Positions 1-9,550 of a DNA stretch of 64,000 nucleotides are shown here, piece by piece (the first letter of the stretch is position 1; each line of letters starts with the position of its first letter). The translations under genes were made by a program, and so were the position numbers. Below the pieces are notes generated by a model that saw only the letters and a program-made list of their open reading frames with translations, did no database searches and was not told where the DNA came from. The stretch comes from Candidatus Xenobia bacterium (GTDB lineage: Bacteria; Vulcanimicrobiota; Xenobia; Xenobiales; QWHO01), in the NCBI GenBank assembly GCA_045863235.1, contig BTUM01000022.1, forward strand, positions 35,148 to 99,147, written 5' to 3'.

Positions 1-155
1 GAACGGCTATCGCAAGTGGTAGCAACGCGCAGACGGGCACCGCTACTTCAAACGCTCCGCTCGAAGGTATCATCGCATTGCACGGTTGTCGAAATCACGC
101 CTCCCTTGTGGCTGGGGCGTTCCGCGCCCTTGTTGCTGAGGCGTTCCGCGCCGCC

Positions 156-1664
156 TTAGCGACGACCCGCGGTTTGGCCAGAGGTCTCTTGAGCCGTGGC
201 CAGGTCCTGGAGCAGTTGGGTCAGTGCCCGCCGCGCATAGCCCCTCATGGCTTCGGGGGGCGCCACCACGCGCACTCGGAGCCGTTTCTTGCCGAGATAG
301 GAGAGCAGAACGCGGACCGCGCGGTCTGCCCGAAAGGCGCGCAAGAAGGCCTTGGATTCCTCGCTCCACAAAGCTCCGAAGCACTCCCAGTAGTCCGGGT
401 CGGGTGGGTTCATCCTGGGCCCACCCTTGAGGCGGGGAGGAAGCGTGCAGGAGGGCCAGTCATTGCGCGCCAGCCCGCGCAGGAGCGGTGGCAAGGCCGA
501 CATCACGGCTCCCTGCTCGAGCCAACTGGCGGCTTCGTTGTAGTGTCGTCTCCAGTCCCTGTCCGGAAGCTTGCGAAACTGCTCCCGGGCCTCCGAATAC
601 CTGCCGGCTCGATGGAGCGCCGAGCCGAGCGCTTCCCGCGCGTGAGTCTCGCTGCAACGTCTGACCCTTTCAGTAAGCCAGATGCTGGCATCCTCCCAGC
701 GCCCCTGCTCGGCCAACGCTCGGGCCAGTCCGTCCAGAGCGCGCAGGTATCCTTCGGCGTCCGGATCGCCTGGATGGAAAACCCGCCGACCCATTGGCAG
801 TCGGTGAGAGTCCAGCATACAGGCTTGTCGATAGGCCTTCTCGGCTCCCTTCCAGCGCGAGTGCCTCGACAACAGGTCGCCTTCCAGTCTCCAGAGGCCT
901 CCATCCCATGGTCTGAGCCGTTGCGCCCGCCGCAAGTGGCTGCGAGCCGACTTCCAGCTCTGTTCCTCCAATTCCATCGCCAGAGTAAGCTCGCGCTCAA
1001 CTCCCGCGGATTCTGACGGAGCAATTTCGCCCAGACTCGTCATCAACTCGTTCAGGTCATTGCCGGCCAGCCGGAGCACTTCCGGGTTGCTCTCCCGGTT
1101 GATCAAGCGGCGCACCCTTCCCAACGCGCGTCGAAGAACCGCCACACGAGCGCCGACTTCTTCGGCGCCTTCCCCCGAGCCAAGATTCGGCGTCGCCCCC
1201 AGTTGGTGCCCCCGAGTCCTGACTCTGGTCCCTTCCCTGCTGCTCGGGCTCGAGCTCGAAATCGACCGCGCACTCGGCTGCGCGCTCGACTTCGCACTCG
1301 CACTCGAACTCGCACTCGAACTCGAACTCGCACTCGCACTCGCACTCGCACTCGAACTCGAACTCGAACTCGAACTCGAACTCGCACTCGCACTCGAACT
1401 CGAACTCGAACTCGAACTCGGGATTTGCGTTCTGGATTCTCGTTCCAGCGCTGTCAGGAACTTCGCGCGCAGGTCTGCCCAGTTGACCTGTACGTTCGAG
1501 AATCGAGTCTCGACGCTTTGTCGCAGCTCGTCCCACTGGTTGAGACAGGCCTGAAGGCCCCCCACTCCGAGGAATCGTTGGACGGTAACGTGACGGACCC
1601 GAGTCGAGCCCTCGCGATAGCTGTGCAGTAACAAGAACTGCCGACCGATCTTCCTCAAGAACAT
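156..1664 (-). CDS. TPR-containing hypothetical protein with IS1634-like N-terminal motif and Ser/Ala low-complexity linker
   Basis: Within ORF 156..2003; plausible start MFLRKIGRQFLLLHSYREG at 1664, since the upstream extension runs through a DNA tandem repeat. C-terminal half has TPR-like helices (LGSALHRAGRYSEAREQF, LARALAEQGRWEDA). Confidence 0.65.
   Translation of the reverse strand: MFLRKIGRQFLLLHSYREGSTRVRHVTVQRFLGVGGLQACLNQWDELRQSVETRFSNVQVNWADLRAKFLTALERESRTQIPSSSSSSSSSASASSSSSSSSSSSASASASASSSSSASSSASAKSSAQPSARSISSSSPSSREGTRVRTRGHQLGATPNLGSGEGAEEVGARVAVLRRALGRVRRLINRESNPEVLRLAGNDLNELMTSLGEIAPSESAGVERELTLAMELEEQSWKSARSHLRRAQRLRPWDGGLWRLEGDLLSRHSRWKGAEKAYRQACMLDSHRLPMGRRVFHPGDPDAEGYLRALDGLARALAEQGRWEDASIWLTERVRRCSETHAREALGSALHRAGRYSEAREQFRKLPDRDWRRHYNEAASWLEQGAVMSALPPLLRGLARNDWPSCTLPPRLKGGPRMNPPDPDYWECFGALWSEESKAFLRAFRADRAVRVLLSYLGKKRLRVRVVAPPEAMRGYARRALTQLLQDLATAQETSGQTAGRR
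1292..1420. repeat. hexanucleotide microsatellite (CTCGAA/CTCGCA)n inside CDS
   Basis: About 21 consecutive CTCG[AC]A units; encodes poly-Ser/Ser-Ala on the minus strand. Confidence 0.95.
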
Positions 1665-1744
1665 GCGACAGAGTGAGTAGTGATAAGATAGATAATTTTC
1701 ACTACACATTGTTCTGTCCGGGACGATAGTTGACCTCCCGCCGA

Positions 1745-2077
1745 CTGGTAACGGCCAGCGGGCCCAGATAGGAGCACGGAGGGGCCCAGTGGTCGGTGCA
1801 CGTTCAAGTTCGGGCCGCCTGGTAACGGCCCGCGGTTCCAGATAGAGGGCACAGAGAGGCGCAGTGGTCGGTGCAAGTTCAAGATCGGGCCGCCTGGTAG
1901 CGGCCAGCGGGTCCAGATAGAGGGCACGGAGAGGGCGCAGTGGTGGGTGCAAGTTCAAGATCGGGCCGCCTGGTAGCGGCCAGCGGGTCCAGATAGATGA
2001 CACGGGGAGGACGCAGTGGTGGGTGCAAGTTCAAGATCGGGCCTCCTGGTAGCGGCCAGCGGGTCCAGATAGAGGGC
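1745..2077. repeat. intergenic tandem repeat, 74-76 bp unit, about 4.4 copies
   Basis: Unit CTGGTAGCGGCCAGCGGGTCCAGATAGAGGGCACGGAGAGGGCGCAGTGGTGGGTGCAAGTTCAAGATCGGGCCGC starts at 1745, 1819, 1894, 1970 and 2046; left copies are more degenerate. Confidence 0.95.
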
Positions 2078-2181
2078 TCCGTCGTTCCGAGAGCTCGGCT
2101 GGCAAGGTTGTGCTCTGGTGAGAATCCCGTTCGGGACTGGCCTGGAGGTCTTTCCCCGCCCTGCCAGGAAGCGCCCCTCCC

Positions 2182-3384
2182 ATGATCACCGAAGCCATCA
2201 TCCGGGCCCTGCCCAAGACCGACCTTCATCTTCACCTCGACGGCTCGCTGCGCGAGCAAACCCTGATCGAGCTGGCCCGCGAGCGCAAGGTCGCATTGCC
2301 CTCCGAGACCGTGGAAGGCCTCAACGAGCTGGTCTTCCGCTCGAGCTACGCCAATCTGGCCGAGTACCTGCACGGCTTTCAGTACACCTGCGCCGTGCTG
2401 CAGGACAAGGAATCCCTCGAGCGGGTGGCCTGTGAGCTGGCCTGGGACAACATCCACGAGGGCGTACGCTACATCGAGGTCCGTTTCGCACCCCAGCTCC
2501 ACCTCCACGGAGGCCTTTCCTTCCGCGAAGTGCTCGCGGCCGTCGACCGCGGCCTTCGTCGGGCAAAAGACGAGTATGCAGCCTCTCCCGAGGTAAAAGA
2601 CCAGGGCCAGCCCCCCTTTCACTACGGCATCATCGTCTGCGCCCTGCGCTTTTTTACGGCCGGCTTCTCGCGCTGGTACAGCGGACTGTTCGACCTCTTC
2701 CCGGGGGCGCCCGAGGAGCATCTCTTTGGACTGGCCTCGCTCGAGCTGGCCCGCGCCTCGGTGCGGGTGCGAGACGAAGAGGGCCTGCCTATCGTGGCTT
2801 TCGATCTGGCGGGGCGCGAGGACGGCTATCCCGCCAGCGACCACCAGCAGGCCTATGACTACGCCCATCGCCACTTCATGAAGAAGACCGTGCACGCCGG
2901 CGAGGCCTATGGCCCGGAGTCCATCTTCCAGGCCATCACCGACCTTCACGCCGACCGAATCGGCCACGGCTACCACCTGTTCTCGCCCCAGCTGTGCGGC
3001 CCCGCCGTCAGCGACCCGGCTGACTACGTGGCCCGGCTCTCTCGCTACATCGCCGACCAGCGCATCACCATCGAAGTCTGCATCACTTCCAACCTGCAGA
3101 CCATGCCCGCCGTCAAGACTGCGCGCGACCACGTCTTCGGGCGCATGCTCAAGGAGAAGCTGTCGGCCACCCTGTGCACCGACAACCGGCTGGTCAGCCA
3201 CACCAGCGTGACCCGCGAGGTGCTGACCGCGGTGGAGGCCTTCGGCATGAGCCTGGACGAGCTCCGCCAGACCATCATCTACGGCTTCAAGCGCAGCTTC
3301 TTCCCCGGTCCTTACACCGAACGGCGCCGCTACGTGCGCCAGATTATCGACTACTACGACAAGGTGATCGCCCAGGCAAAGTAG
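2182..3384 (+). CDS. add: adenosine deaminase family protein
   Basis: LPKTDLHLHLDGS, VRYIEVRFAP, TVHAGE, RIGHG, IEVCITSN and TDN motifs. Confidence 0.9.
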   Translation: MITEAIIRALPKTDLHLHLDGSLREQTLIELARERKVALPSETVEGLNELVFRSSYANLAEYLHGFQYTCAVLQDKESLERVACELAWDNIHEGVRYIEVRFAPQLHLHGGLSFREVLAAVDRGLRRAKDEYAASPEVKDQGQPPFHYGIIVCALRFFTAGFSRWYSGLFDLFPGAPEEHLFGLASLELARASVRVRDEEGLPIVAFDLAGREDGYPASDHQQAYDYAHRHFMKKTVHAGEAYGPESIFQAITDLHADRIGHGYHLFSPQLCGPAVSDPADYVARLSRYIADQRITIEVCITSNLQTMPAVKTARDHVFGRMLKEKLSATLCTDNRLVSHTSVTREVLTAVEAFGMSLDELRQTIIYGFKRSFFPGPYTERRRYVRQIIDYYDKVIAQAK

Positions 3385-3616
3385 CCCTCCCCGTGGTTCA
3401 GGCCCGTTTCTGACCAGCCTGATCTCCCTGACGCCTGTGCCAGTTCTTCGAGCCATGCCGAGGATGCAAGCCCGCCCTGCCGATCCGCTGCTGCTGCGTG
3501 TCCAACATTTGCCCGCTTCGCTCGGGAATAGGACCCACCACTCCCGGCGCGAAGGCTGGGGTCGAGTTGTGCGCCAGCACACTTTCTGACCGGCCCGCCC
3601 GGGCTATAAAGGGGGC

Positions 3617-4039
3617 ATGAGCATGCGGCGAGGCATCACGCTGATGGAGACCATCCTGGCCTTCTTCATCATGGCCGTGGCCTTCGTGGTGCTCTTTGCG
3701 GTCTTCTCGGGAGGCTATCGAGCGGCCGTCCAGAGCCGCAACCGGACCGTGGCCATCCTGTATGCTCAGAGCTTGCTCGAGGAGATTCGGGCTCACCCTT
3801 ACGGCCAGCCCGCCCCTCAGTCCTGGACGACGCCCGCGGCCCGCCCGGTGGACGTGATCGTGGAGGGCCGAAAGCAGCATTACGAGTTCGCCCAGCAGCT
3901 CAGCTACGCCAACTCGAGCTTCATCGGGCTGTCGGATCACGACGCCGACGAGGTGACCATCACCCTGAAGTGGCGCGAGGGCGTGGGCAACAATCCCACT
4001 CAGAAAGAGCTCGTCATCAAGACGGCGGTGTGGCGATGA
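3617..4039 (+). CDS. type IV pilin/pseudopilin-like protein (PilV-like)
   Basis: Prepilin cleavage motif RRG/ITLME followed by a hydrophobic helix. Confidence 0.8.
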   Translation: MSMRRGITLMETILAFFIMAVAFVVLFAVFSGGYRAAVQSRNRTVAILYAQSLLEEIRAHPYGQPAPQSWTTPAARPVDVIVEGRKQHYEFAQQLSYANSSFIGLSDHDADEVTITLKWREGVGNNPTQKELVIKTAVWR

Positions 4040-4788
4040 AGCGGGGATTCACCCTGTATGAGCTGCTGGTCGGCTCGGGCATCGCTTTCGCCGCCCTGGC
4101 TCTGATCGTCTCGCTCTTCATCATCGGTCGGCGAACCTCAGAGGCTGCCTACTCCAACTACCTGGTCAGCCGCGACACCGAGAATGGCATCGCCTGGCTG
4201 CGCCGCGATCTGCAGAACGCCTCGCTGGCCAGCATCCGGGTCTATCCCGGCCCGGCCGCCCCCGGGGAACGTCCGGGCCTCTCCCTGGCCAGTTGCGCCC
4301 CGCCTGACCAGCCCACCCGGGTGAGTCTCAATCCGCACGGAGTGCCCCGCTGGTCTTCTCAGGTCTACTACACCCTCGACCCGGTGGACGACAAGACGGG
4401 CCGCCTGATGCGCTGGAGCGCCCCCACCCCCGCCGACCAGCTGTTGCCGCTGCCCTCCGGCACGATGCCCTCCGCGGTCAATGACCCGCGGGTGCTGTTG
4501 CACAACGTCCTCTTGCCCAACGTGAGCGTGTTTCAGGGCGGGGATCCGGGCACCACCGACGCCCGTGGCGGCTTCCGCGCCCAGTTCGTGCGCAGGGCCG
4601 GCGGCGAGGCGGGAGCCGAGTCGCTCTCGGACACCAATCCCTCCCAGGTCTCCCTGAGCCCCGCGGGTGGTCTGCAGCCCTCCGGCAACACCCGGCTCGT
4701 GGAAGTGGAGCTGCGCTTGCTGCACCGCTCCACCACCGGCAAGCCCAGCGTCTACGCCATCCGCTTCCGCGTCTGCCCGCGTTACTGA
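4036..4788 (+). CDS. type IV pilin/pseudopilin-like protein (PilW/GspJ-like)
   Basis: MKRG/FTLYELLV prepilin motif; ATGA overlap with the upstream pilin stop. Confidence 0.8.
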   Translation: MKRGFTLYELLVGSGIAFAALALIVSLFIIGRRTSEAAYSNYLVSRDTENGIAWLRRDLQNASLASIRVYPGPAAPGERPGLSLASCAPPDQPTRVSLNPHGVPRWSSQVYYTLDPVDDKTGRLMRWSAPTPADQLLPLPSGTMPSAVNDPRVLLHNVLLPNVSVFQGGDPGTTDARGGFRAQFVRRAGGEAGAESLSDTNPSQVSLSPAGGLQPSGNTRLVEVELRLLHRSTTGKPSVYAIRFRVCPRY

Positions 4789-4954
4789 AAGCGCAGTTCC
4801 CGCCGACCGCCTCATGGCAGAACACTCGCGTGGAAGGCGCGACCCTGCTCTTTTGCGCCGGCATGGGGCGCAGGGTCTAGCCCCCGGTGGGCTTGACCAT
4901 TTCCGCCAGTCAGGCTATGGATCTTCTTGTCTGACTCTCTGCCGGCACTCAACG

Positions 4955-5851
4955 ATGGAACAGTTTCTCTGCGATCTCAAGGGGCCGTCTCCCGCCCACG
5001 CGGCGGGACTTGCCGGCATGATGTCGGGGGCGGCGGGAGCGGCTCTGTTCGTCAAATGCCGATACCGGCCGGCAGAGGATTTCCTGACCGCCCTGAAGGA
5101 GCTGGCCGCCAGCGACGGCCCGCTCTTCGCTGAATACCTCCGGGCCCGCCGGGCCGGGGAGCCCTTCGAGGCGTCGCTCCGAGCGACCGTCGAGAGCCCT
5201 CTGCGGGGGGGTGAGATGTGCCTGGAGCTGGCCTCCCGCTTTGGCGCAGCCCGCCGGGGCTGCCCCAGGTCGATGCTCGGCGACCTCTTCGTCGGTAAAC
5301 GCCTTTTGCAGGCCTGCGCGGACTGCTGCCATCACCTGGCCGGCATCAACCTCGAGCTTTGCTCCGAGCCATGGCAAGCTGGCCGCGAGCGGCTCGAGGC
5401 TCTGGAGATGGGCCTGAAACGACTCCAAGAGCAGGAGGCTTACGACCGCATTTTCCAGACCGCCCGCACCGTGGCCGTCGTGGGTATCAGCGACAAGCCG
5501 GAGCGGGCCGGCTTCTACGTCCCGCGCTACCTGCGCGGGCGTGGATTCCGCGTGCTGGGCGTCAATCCCCGGGGGAGCAGTTCCGTGGCTGAGAAAACCG
5601 CCCCGACGCTCGGTGGGCTGGGGGAGCCCCTCGACCTGGTGATTTTCTTTCGCCGCAGCGAGGCGCTGGGTGAGCACCTGGAGGATATCCTCGGCCTGAC
5701 CCCGTTGCCGCGCACCGCCTGGCTGCAAGAAGGCATCCGCAACGACGATTTCGCCGGCGCTCTGCGGGCGGTCGGCATGCAGGTGGTGAGCGACCGGTGC
5801 GCCATGCTCGAGCACCAGGGCCTTTACCCCGAATCTGACGATATCCCGTGA
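4955..5851 (+). CDS. fusion of cyclodeaminase/cyclohydrolase (FTCD_C-like) domain and YccU-like CoA-binding domain
   Basis: N-terminal MEQFLCDLKGPSPAHAAGLAGMMSGA...ATVESPL...GDLF...INL resembles FTCD_C. C-terminal VAVVGISDKPERAGFYVPRYL...DLVIFFRRSE...WLQEGI...VVSDRC is the CoA-binding family pattern. Confidence 0.7.
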   Translation: MEQFLCDLKGPSPAHAAGLAGMMSGAAGAALFVKCRYRPAEDFLTALKELAASDGPLFAEYLRARRAGEPFEASLRATVESPLRGGEMCLELASRFGAARRGCPRSMLGDLFVGKRLLQACADCCHHLAGINLELCSEPWQAGRERLEALEMGLKRLQEQEAYDRIFQTARTVAVVGISDKPERAGFYVPRYLRGRGFRVLGVNPRGSSSVAEKTAPTLGGLGEPLDLVIFFRRSEALGEHLEDILGLTPLPRTAWLQEGIRNDDFAGALRAVGMQVVSDRCAMLEHQGLYPESDDIP

Positions 5852-5863
5852 ACGGTTGCGGTC

Positions 5864-5964
5864 TGCCCGGAGTTGCCCGCACATGTGCCTGCAGGTCCGT
5901 GCACGTTCCGGGATGTGCCCGGAGTTGCCCGCACATGTGCCTGCATGTCCGTGCACATTCCCGG
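5864..5964. repeat. 52-bp direct tandem repeat, 2 copies
   Basis: TGCCCGGAGTTGCCCGCACATGTGCCTGCA[GT]GTCCGTGCAC at 5864 and 5916. Confidence 0.9.
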
Positions 5965-6039
5965 GGCCGAGCCGATGTCCACGGAGTCCCGGTCCACCGC
6001 GCGCGGGAGCCCCGAGCGCCCGGCGCGAAGCCCTGGACC

Positions 6040-6861
6040 ATGCGTTACGCCGTCGTGGGTCACGTCGAGTGGATCGAGTTCCTGCGCGTCCGGGCAGTGC
6101 CGCGCCCGGGTGAGATCGTGCATGCCAGCGCGAGCTGGCAAGAGCCCGGCGGCGGAGGTGGGGTGGCCGCTGTGCAGATGGCCCGCATGGCCGGGGAGGC
6201 CGTCTTCTTTACCGCTCTGGGCGACGACGAGCTGGGCCGGCGCGCTTGCCGCGAGCTGGAGGCGCTGGGCGTGACCATGCAGGTGGCCTGGCGTCCCGAG
6301 CCCCAGCGGCGCGGGGTGACCTACGTGGACGACCAGGGCGAGCGAACCATCACCGTGATCGGCCCGCGCCTGGGCCCGAAAGGGGAGGACCCGCTCGACT
6401 GGTCCTTGCTGGAAAGCTGTCAGGCCGTCTACTTCACGGCCGGCGACCGGGACGCCCTGCTGCACGCCCGCAAAGCACGGGTGCTGGCCTCCACCCCGCG
6501 CGTTCTCTCGCAGCTGAGCGGGGTCGAGCTCGACGCCTTGATCGGCAGCGCCAACGATGACGGGGAGCGCTTCCAGCCCGAGGCCCTTGACCCCCGCCCG
6601 CGCCTGGCGGTGCTGACCGAGGGCGGCGCGGGCGGAAGCTGGTCCACCTCCGACGGCCGCAGGGGCCGCTTCGCCGCCTGTCCGCTGCCCGGCCCAGTGG
6701 CTGATGCTTACGGCTGCGGAGATACCTTCGCCGCCGCCCTCACCTTTGCTCTGGGCCAGGGCCTCACGCTGGAAAGAGCCCTGGAGCACGCCGCCCGCCA
6801 GGGAGCCATCTGCCTCACCGGCAAGGGCCCCTATTCCGCCCGGGTCACCGGCCTGAACTGA
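6040..6861 (+). CDS. PfkB/ribokinase family carbohydrate kinase
   Basis: MRYAVVGHVEW start; GGGGGVAAVQMAR, LGDDELG and DAYGCGDTFAA PfkB signatures. Confidence 0.9.
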   Translation: MRYAVVGHVEWIEFLRVRAVPRPGEIVHASASWQEPGGGGGVAAVQMARMAGEAVFFTALGDDELGRRACRELEALGVTMQVAWRPEPQRRGVTYVDDQGERTITVIGPRLGPKGEDPLDWSLLESCQAVYFTAGDRDALLHARKARVLASTPRVLSQLSGVELDALIGSANDDGERFQPEALDPRPRLAVLTEGGAGGSWSTSDGRRGRFAACPLPGPVADAYGCGDTFAAALTFALGQGLTLERALEHAARQGAICLTGKGPYSARVTGLN

Positions 6862-6878
6862 CGCCCCTCAAGCAAACC

Positions 6879-7439
6879 TTACCCCTTGAATGGCCGCAGA
6901 TACTCCAGCGGCACGCTGTCCACCAGCCAGACCCCGTTCTCCGAGCAGTACAGCTCCATCCCGGCCCCAACCATCGCGCCAGCATCCACCACCAGCACCA
7001 GCGGCGTCTCCCGGCGGTGGCGTCGTCCCGTCTCCAGGGCCACTTCGAAGCTGGCCGACAGGTGCACGAAGTGCCGGTTCATCCTGGAGAGCCCGCCCGT
7101 TCGCTGGATGCGCGCCCAGCGTTCTTCGGTGGTGCCGTGGAACAACCGCTCGGGGGGCGTGCGAGGCGTGCGCTCCACCGCCTCCACAGCCTCGACCGAG
7201 TGGCCCTGGTTGGCGCGGATGCGCCCCTCGCGCAGGCTGTAGCGCCCCTTGGCGTCGGAGGCCACCAGCTCTTGCAACTGTGCGACCGACAGGCAGACCC
7301 CACGCCGCTCGGACAGCCGCGCCAGCAAGAGGTCCACCTCCACCCAGCCCTCCCGGCTGAGCTCGAGCCCCAGCTCCTGGGGTCGGTGGCGGAGAACGTA
7401 AGCGAGCAATCGACTGACTCTATCCTTGTTGAGTGTCAT
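6879..7439 (-). CDS. kptA: RNA 2'-phosphotransferase (Tpt1/KptA)
   Basis: SRLLAYVLRH, DAKGRY, IRANQGHS, LFHGT, RHFVHLS and ENGVWL motifs. Confidence 0.95.
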   Translation of the reverse strand: MTLNKDRVSRLLAYVLRHRPQELGLELSREGWVEVDLLLARLSERRGVCLSVAQLQELVASDAKGRYSLREGRIRANQGHSVEAVEAVERTPRTPPERLFHGTTEERWARIQRTGGLSRMNRHFVHLSASFEVALETGRRHRRETPLVLVVDAGAMVGAGMELYCSENGVWLVDSVPLEYLRPFKG

Positions 7440-7531
7440 GTATACACTATAGCAGGGAGGTCAACTGTAGCCCCGCCCTGGGAGGATCAGAGGGCAGGGG
7501 GTTCTGTGCTCGAACTCGTTCCCCGATTGGC

Positions 7532-9349
7532 ATGAACAGTGCCCTGCTCAGGTCCCAACTGGCTCCGCGCTTCTTGCGCCTGAAGGCAGCTCGCGAGCTC
7601 GCTTCTCAGGGGACCCTGGCGTCCCTCAAGCTGGTCGAGGAGGTCTTGCCCCAGCTTGACGACGAGCTGGTCGATTGCCTGCTCGAGCACTGGCCGGCCT
7701 CGGGTCGACACGAGCTCTGCGCCCTTTTGCTCGCCACTCGGCGCGGTCGAGCGCGGTTGGGACGCCGCTGGGGGGACCCGGTCTGGGTTCTGGCGGGTGC
7801 TCGCTCGCTGCTGGAGAGGCCGGCGGAGGGGCTGGCCGAGCAGCTGCTCTCCAAATCTCTGGATGATCCAGCGCTGAAGGGGCTGGTCCTTCTCGCTGCC
7901 GGTCGTCTGGAGGCCTATTGTGAGCTCGACTTCGACGGCACCCTTTTGAAAGGTCTTCTCGCTCGCGCCTCCCCGGCCTCGCGCTCCTGGCTGCTGCAGA
8001 TTCTGGCCGGTGCCGGTCGAGGAGAGCTGGTGGCCCGGGCAACCCGCGAAGCTGACACTCCTCTGGCTTTCCTGAGCGACGAGGACTTCGAACAGCGCAT
8101 GGACATCCTGGGGGACGGCGAATTGGGCTCGCTCCTGGCGCGCCTCAAAGACTTGAGGCCGGTGCAGGCCGCCCGGCTGGTCGAGCGCCTCCGTCAGCAA
8201 GGCTTCCAGCCCCCACCGGAGCGCGCTGAAGCCTGGGGCACCCTCAGCGTCGTCCCCATTCCCTCCGTCCGGGTGCTGCGAGGGAGGCTGTCACGACCCA
8301 CATGGCTGGACATCTTTCCGGACGAGCCGGCCCGGCTGTTGGGCTGCTCGCCGGACGGGCGCCACCGAGCCTGGGTCAGGGGGTACACGCTGACTTGTCT
8401 TGCGAGCGACGGCGAGTGGCAGGTCGACGCCGGCCAGGCAAGCCAGTTGGAGGTATCCAGGGATGGGGTGATCTGCCTGTGCGATGGTGTGCGAGCCAGG
8501 GCCTGGTCGAGAGCGACCCTGCTCTGGGAGTGCTGGGCGAACCGTCTGCTGGCAGGCCCGGGAGGCGAGCTTGCCCTCTGGACCGACGACGAGCTGTGGC
8601 TCTCGAAGTCCGGGGAGCCCCCGACTTTCCGTTGCCAGTTGCCCGATTACGCCTTGCCAGGAATCTGGTCCTTCTATGCTGACAGCCCCTGGCTTGGGGT
8701 AGGACTGAGCACCGGTCAGGTTCTGTGCATCCGAGTCGATGGTGAGGAACGGCCCCAGGCCGTGGCAGCTCACACGCGACCGGTGCGCCACCTGGAAGGC
8801 ACTCGGGAGCGGCTGGTGACAGCCTGCGACTTGGAGGTGACCGCCTGGGAATGCCGAGACGGCGTTCCTGGAGGACTGGAGTTCCTTCAGACCCTGCGCT
8901 GCTCGGCTGGTTCGCTGTCCAGCGCTGGGTCCACACTGGCCCTGAGCCAACCGGGCCGCCTGCTGGTCGTTCGGTCGGGTCGTGAATGGCAGTGCGCGGT
9001 CGATGCACGCGCTATCCAGGTCACACGCCTGGGGGTGCTGGGGGCTGACCCATCCGGACACCCATTTCTGTGGGACTATCAGCGGGACCGAATGGGCGAT
9101 CTGGGGGACCCAGGCTTTGCCGTCGAGGCCTGGAGCCCCGGGGGCTGGGCCATGGGTGGGGGCCGGGCGGCGCGCATTTCTCCTGTTCCCCTGGCCGATC
9201 AGCCGCTGTCTCGTATCCCGATGAAAGCGGTGGAGATGGTGGGGCCCGAGTGCCTTCCGTTCATGAGCGCAGTGCTGGGCTGGCTGCATCAGTTCAGCAT
9301 CGAGCTCGGGGAAGCCGAAACGAGCCCCTTCGACATCCTGCTCGACTGA
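7532..9349 (+). CDS. hypothetical protein, helical N-terminus plus degenerate WD40/beta-propeller C-terminus
   Basis: Long ORF with WD-like segments (AHTRPVRHLEG...LVTACDLEVTAWE; CSPDGRH) and an acidic tail. Start uncertain. Confidence 0.55.
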   Translation: MNSALLRSQLAPRFLRLKAARELASQGTLASLKLVEEVLPQLDDELVDCLLEHWPASGRHELCALLLATRRGRARLGRRWGDPVWVLAGARSLLERPAEGLAEQLLSKSLDDPALKGLVLLAAGRLEAYCELDFDGTLLKGLLARASPASRSWLLQILAGAGRGELVARATREADTPLAFLSDEDFEQRMDILGDGELGSLLARLKDLRPVQAARLVERLRQQGFQPPPERAEAWGTLSVVPIPSVRVLRGRLSRPTWLDIFPDEPARLLGCSPDGRHRAWVRGYTLTCLASDGEWQVDAGQASQLEVSRDGVICLCDGVRARAWSRATLLWECWANRLLAGPGGELALWTDDELWLSKSGEPPTFRCQLPDYALPGIWSFYADSPWLGVGLSTGQVLCIRVDGEERPQAVAAHTRPVRHLEGTRERLVTACDLEVTAWECRDGVPGGLEFLQTLRCSAGSLSSAGSTLALSQPGRLLVVRSGREWQCAVDARAIQVTRLGVLGADPSGHPFLWDYQRDRMGDLGDPGFAVEAWSPGGWAMGGGRAARISPVPLADQPLSRIPMKAVEMVGPECLPFMSAVLGWLHQFSIELGEAETSPFDILLD

Positions 9350-9550
9350 TCAGGTCGCGCTTACGGCTTGCGTTGGGGCTCTCGTGACACAAACGTTTCG
9401 CAGCCATTGGCGGCGAAGGAGCCTTCCTGGCCTGCTGCTGCAAGCTACGCTGGAAGTCCGGCCGCAAATCCCCTGTGGTGAGTTAGAGCTACAGCAACCG
9501 GAAACCGTGTCAAGTCCCGGCCGTCTACAGGGCTTTCAGCCGAGTCCAGG

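Noticed and set aside
1057..1631. Poly-RV, poly-RT, poly-EL/AL and poly-EF/EC ORFs
   Set aside because: Alternative-frame readings of the hexamer microsatellite.
1745..2077. CRISPR or TIGR-like guide array
   Set aside because: Units are similar over their whole length with no unique spacers, and no cas or other effector gene is recognisable.
3617..4788. Complete type IV pilus/T2SS locus
   Set aside because: Only two pilin-like genes; no ATPase, platform or secretin in the window.
6879..7439. kptA as part of an RNA-repair operon
   Set aside because: No RtcB, RNA ligase or related gene is adjacent.
9400..9430. Cobalamin riboswitch-like GCCATTG...GAAGG fragment
   Set aside because: The other conserved elements are absent and no downstream gene is in the right orientation.
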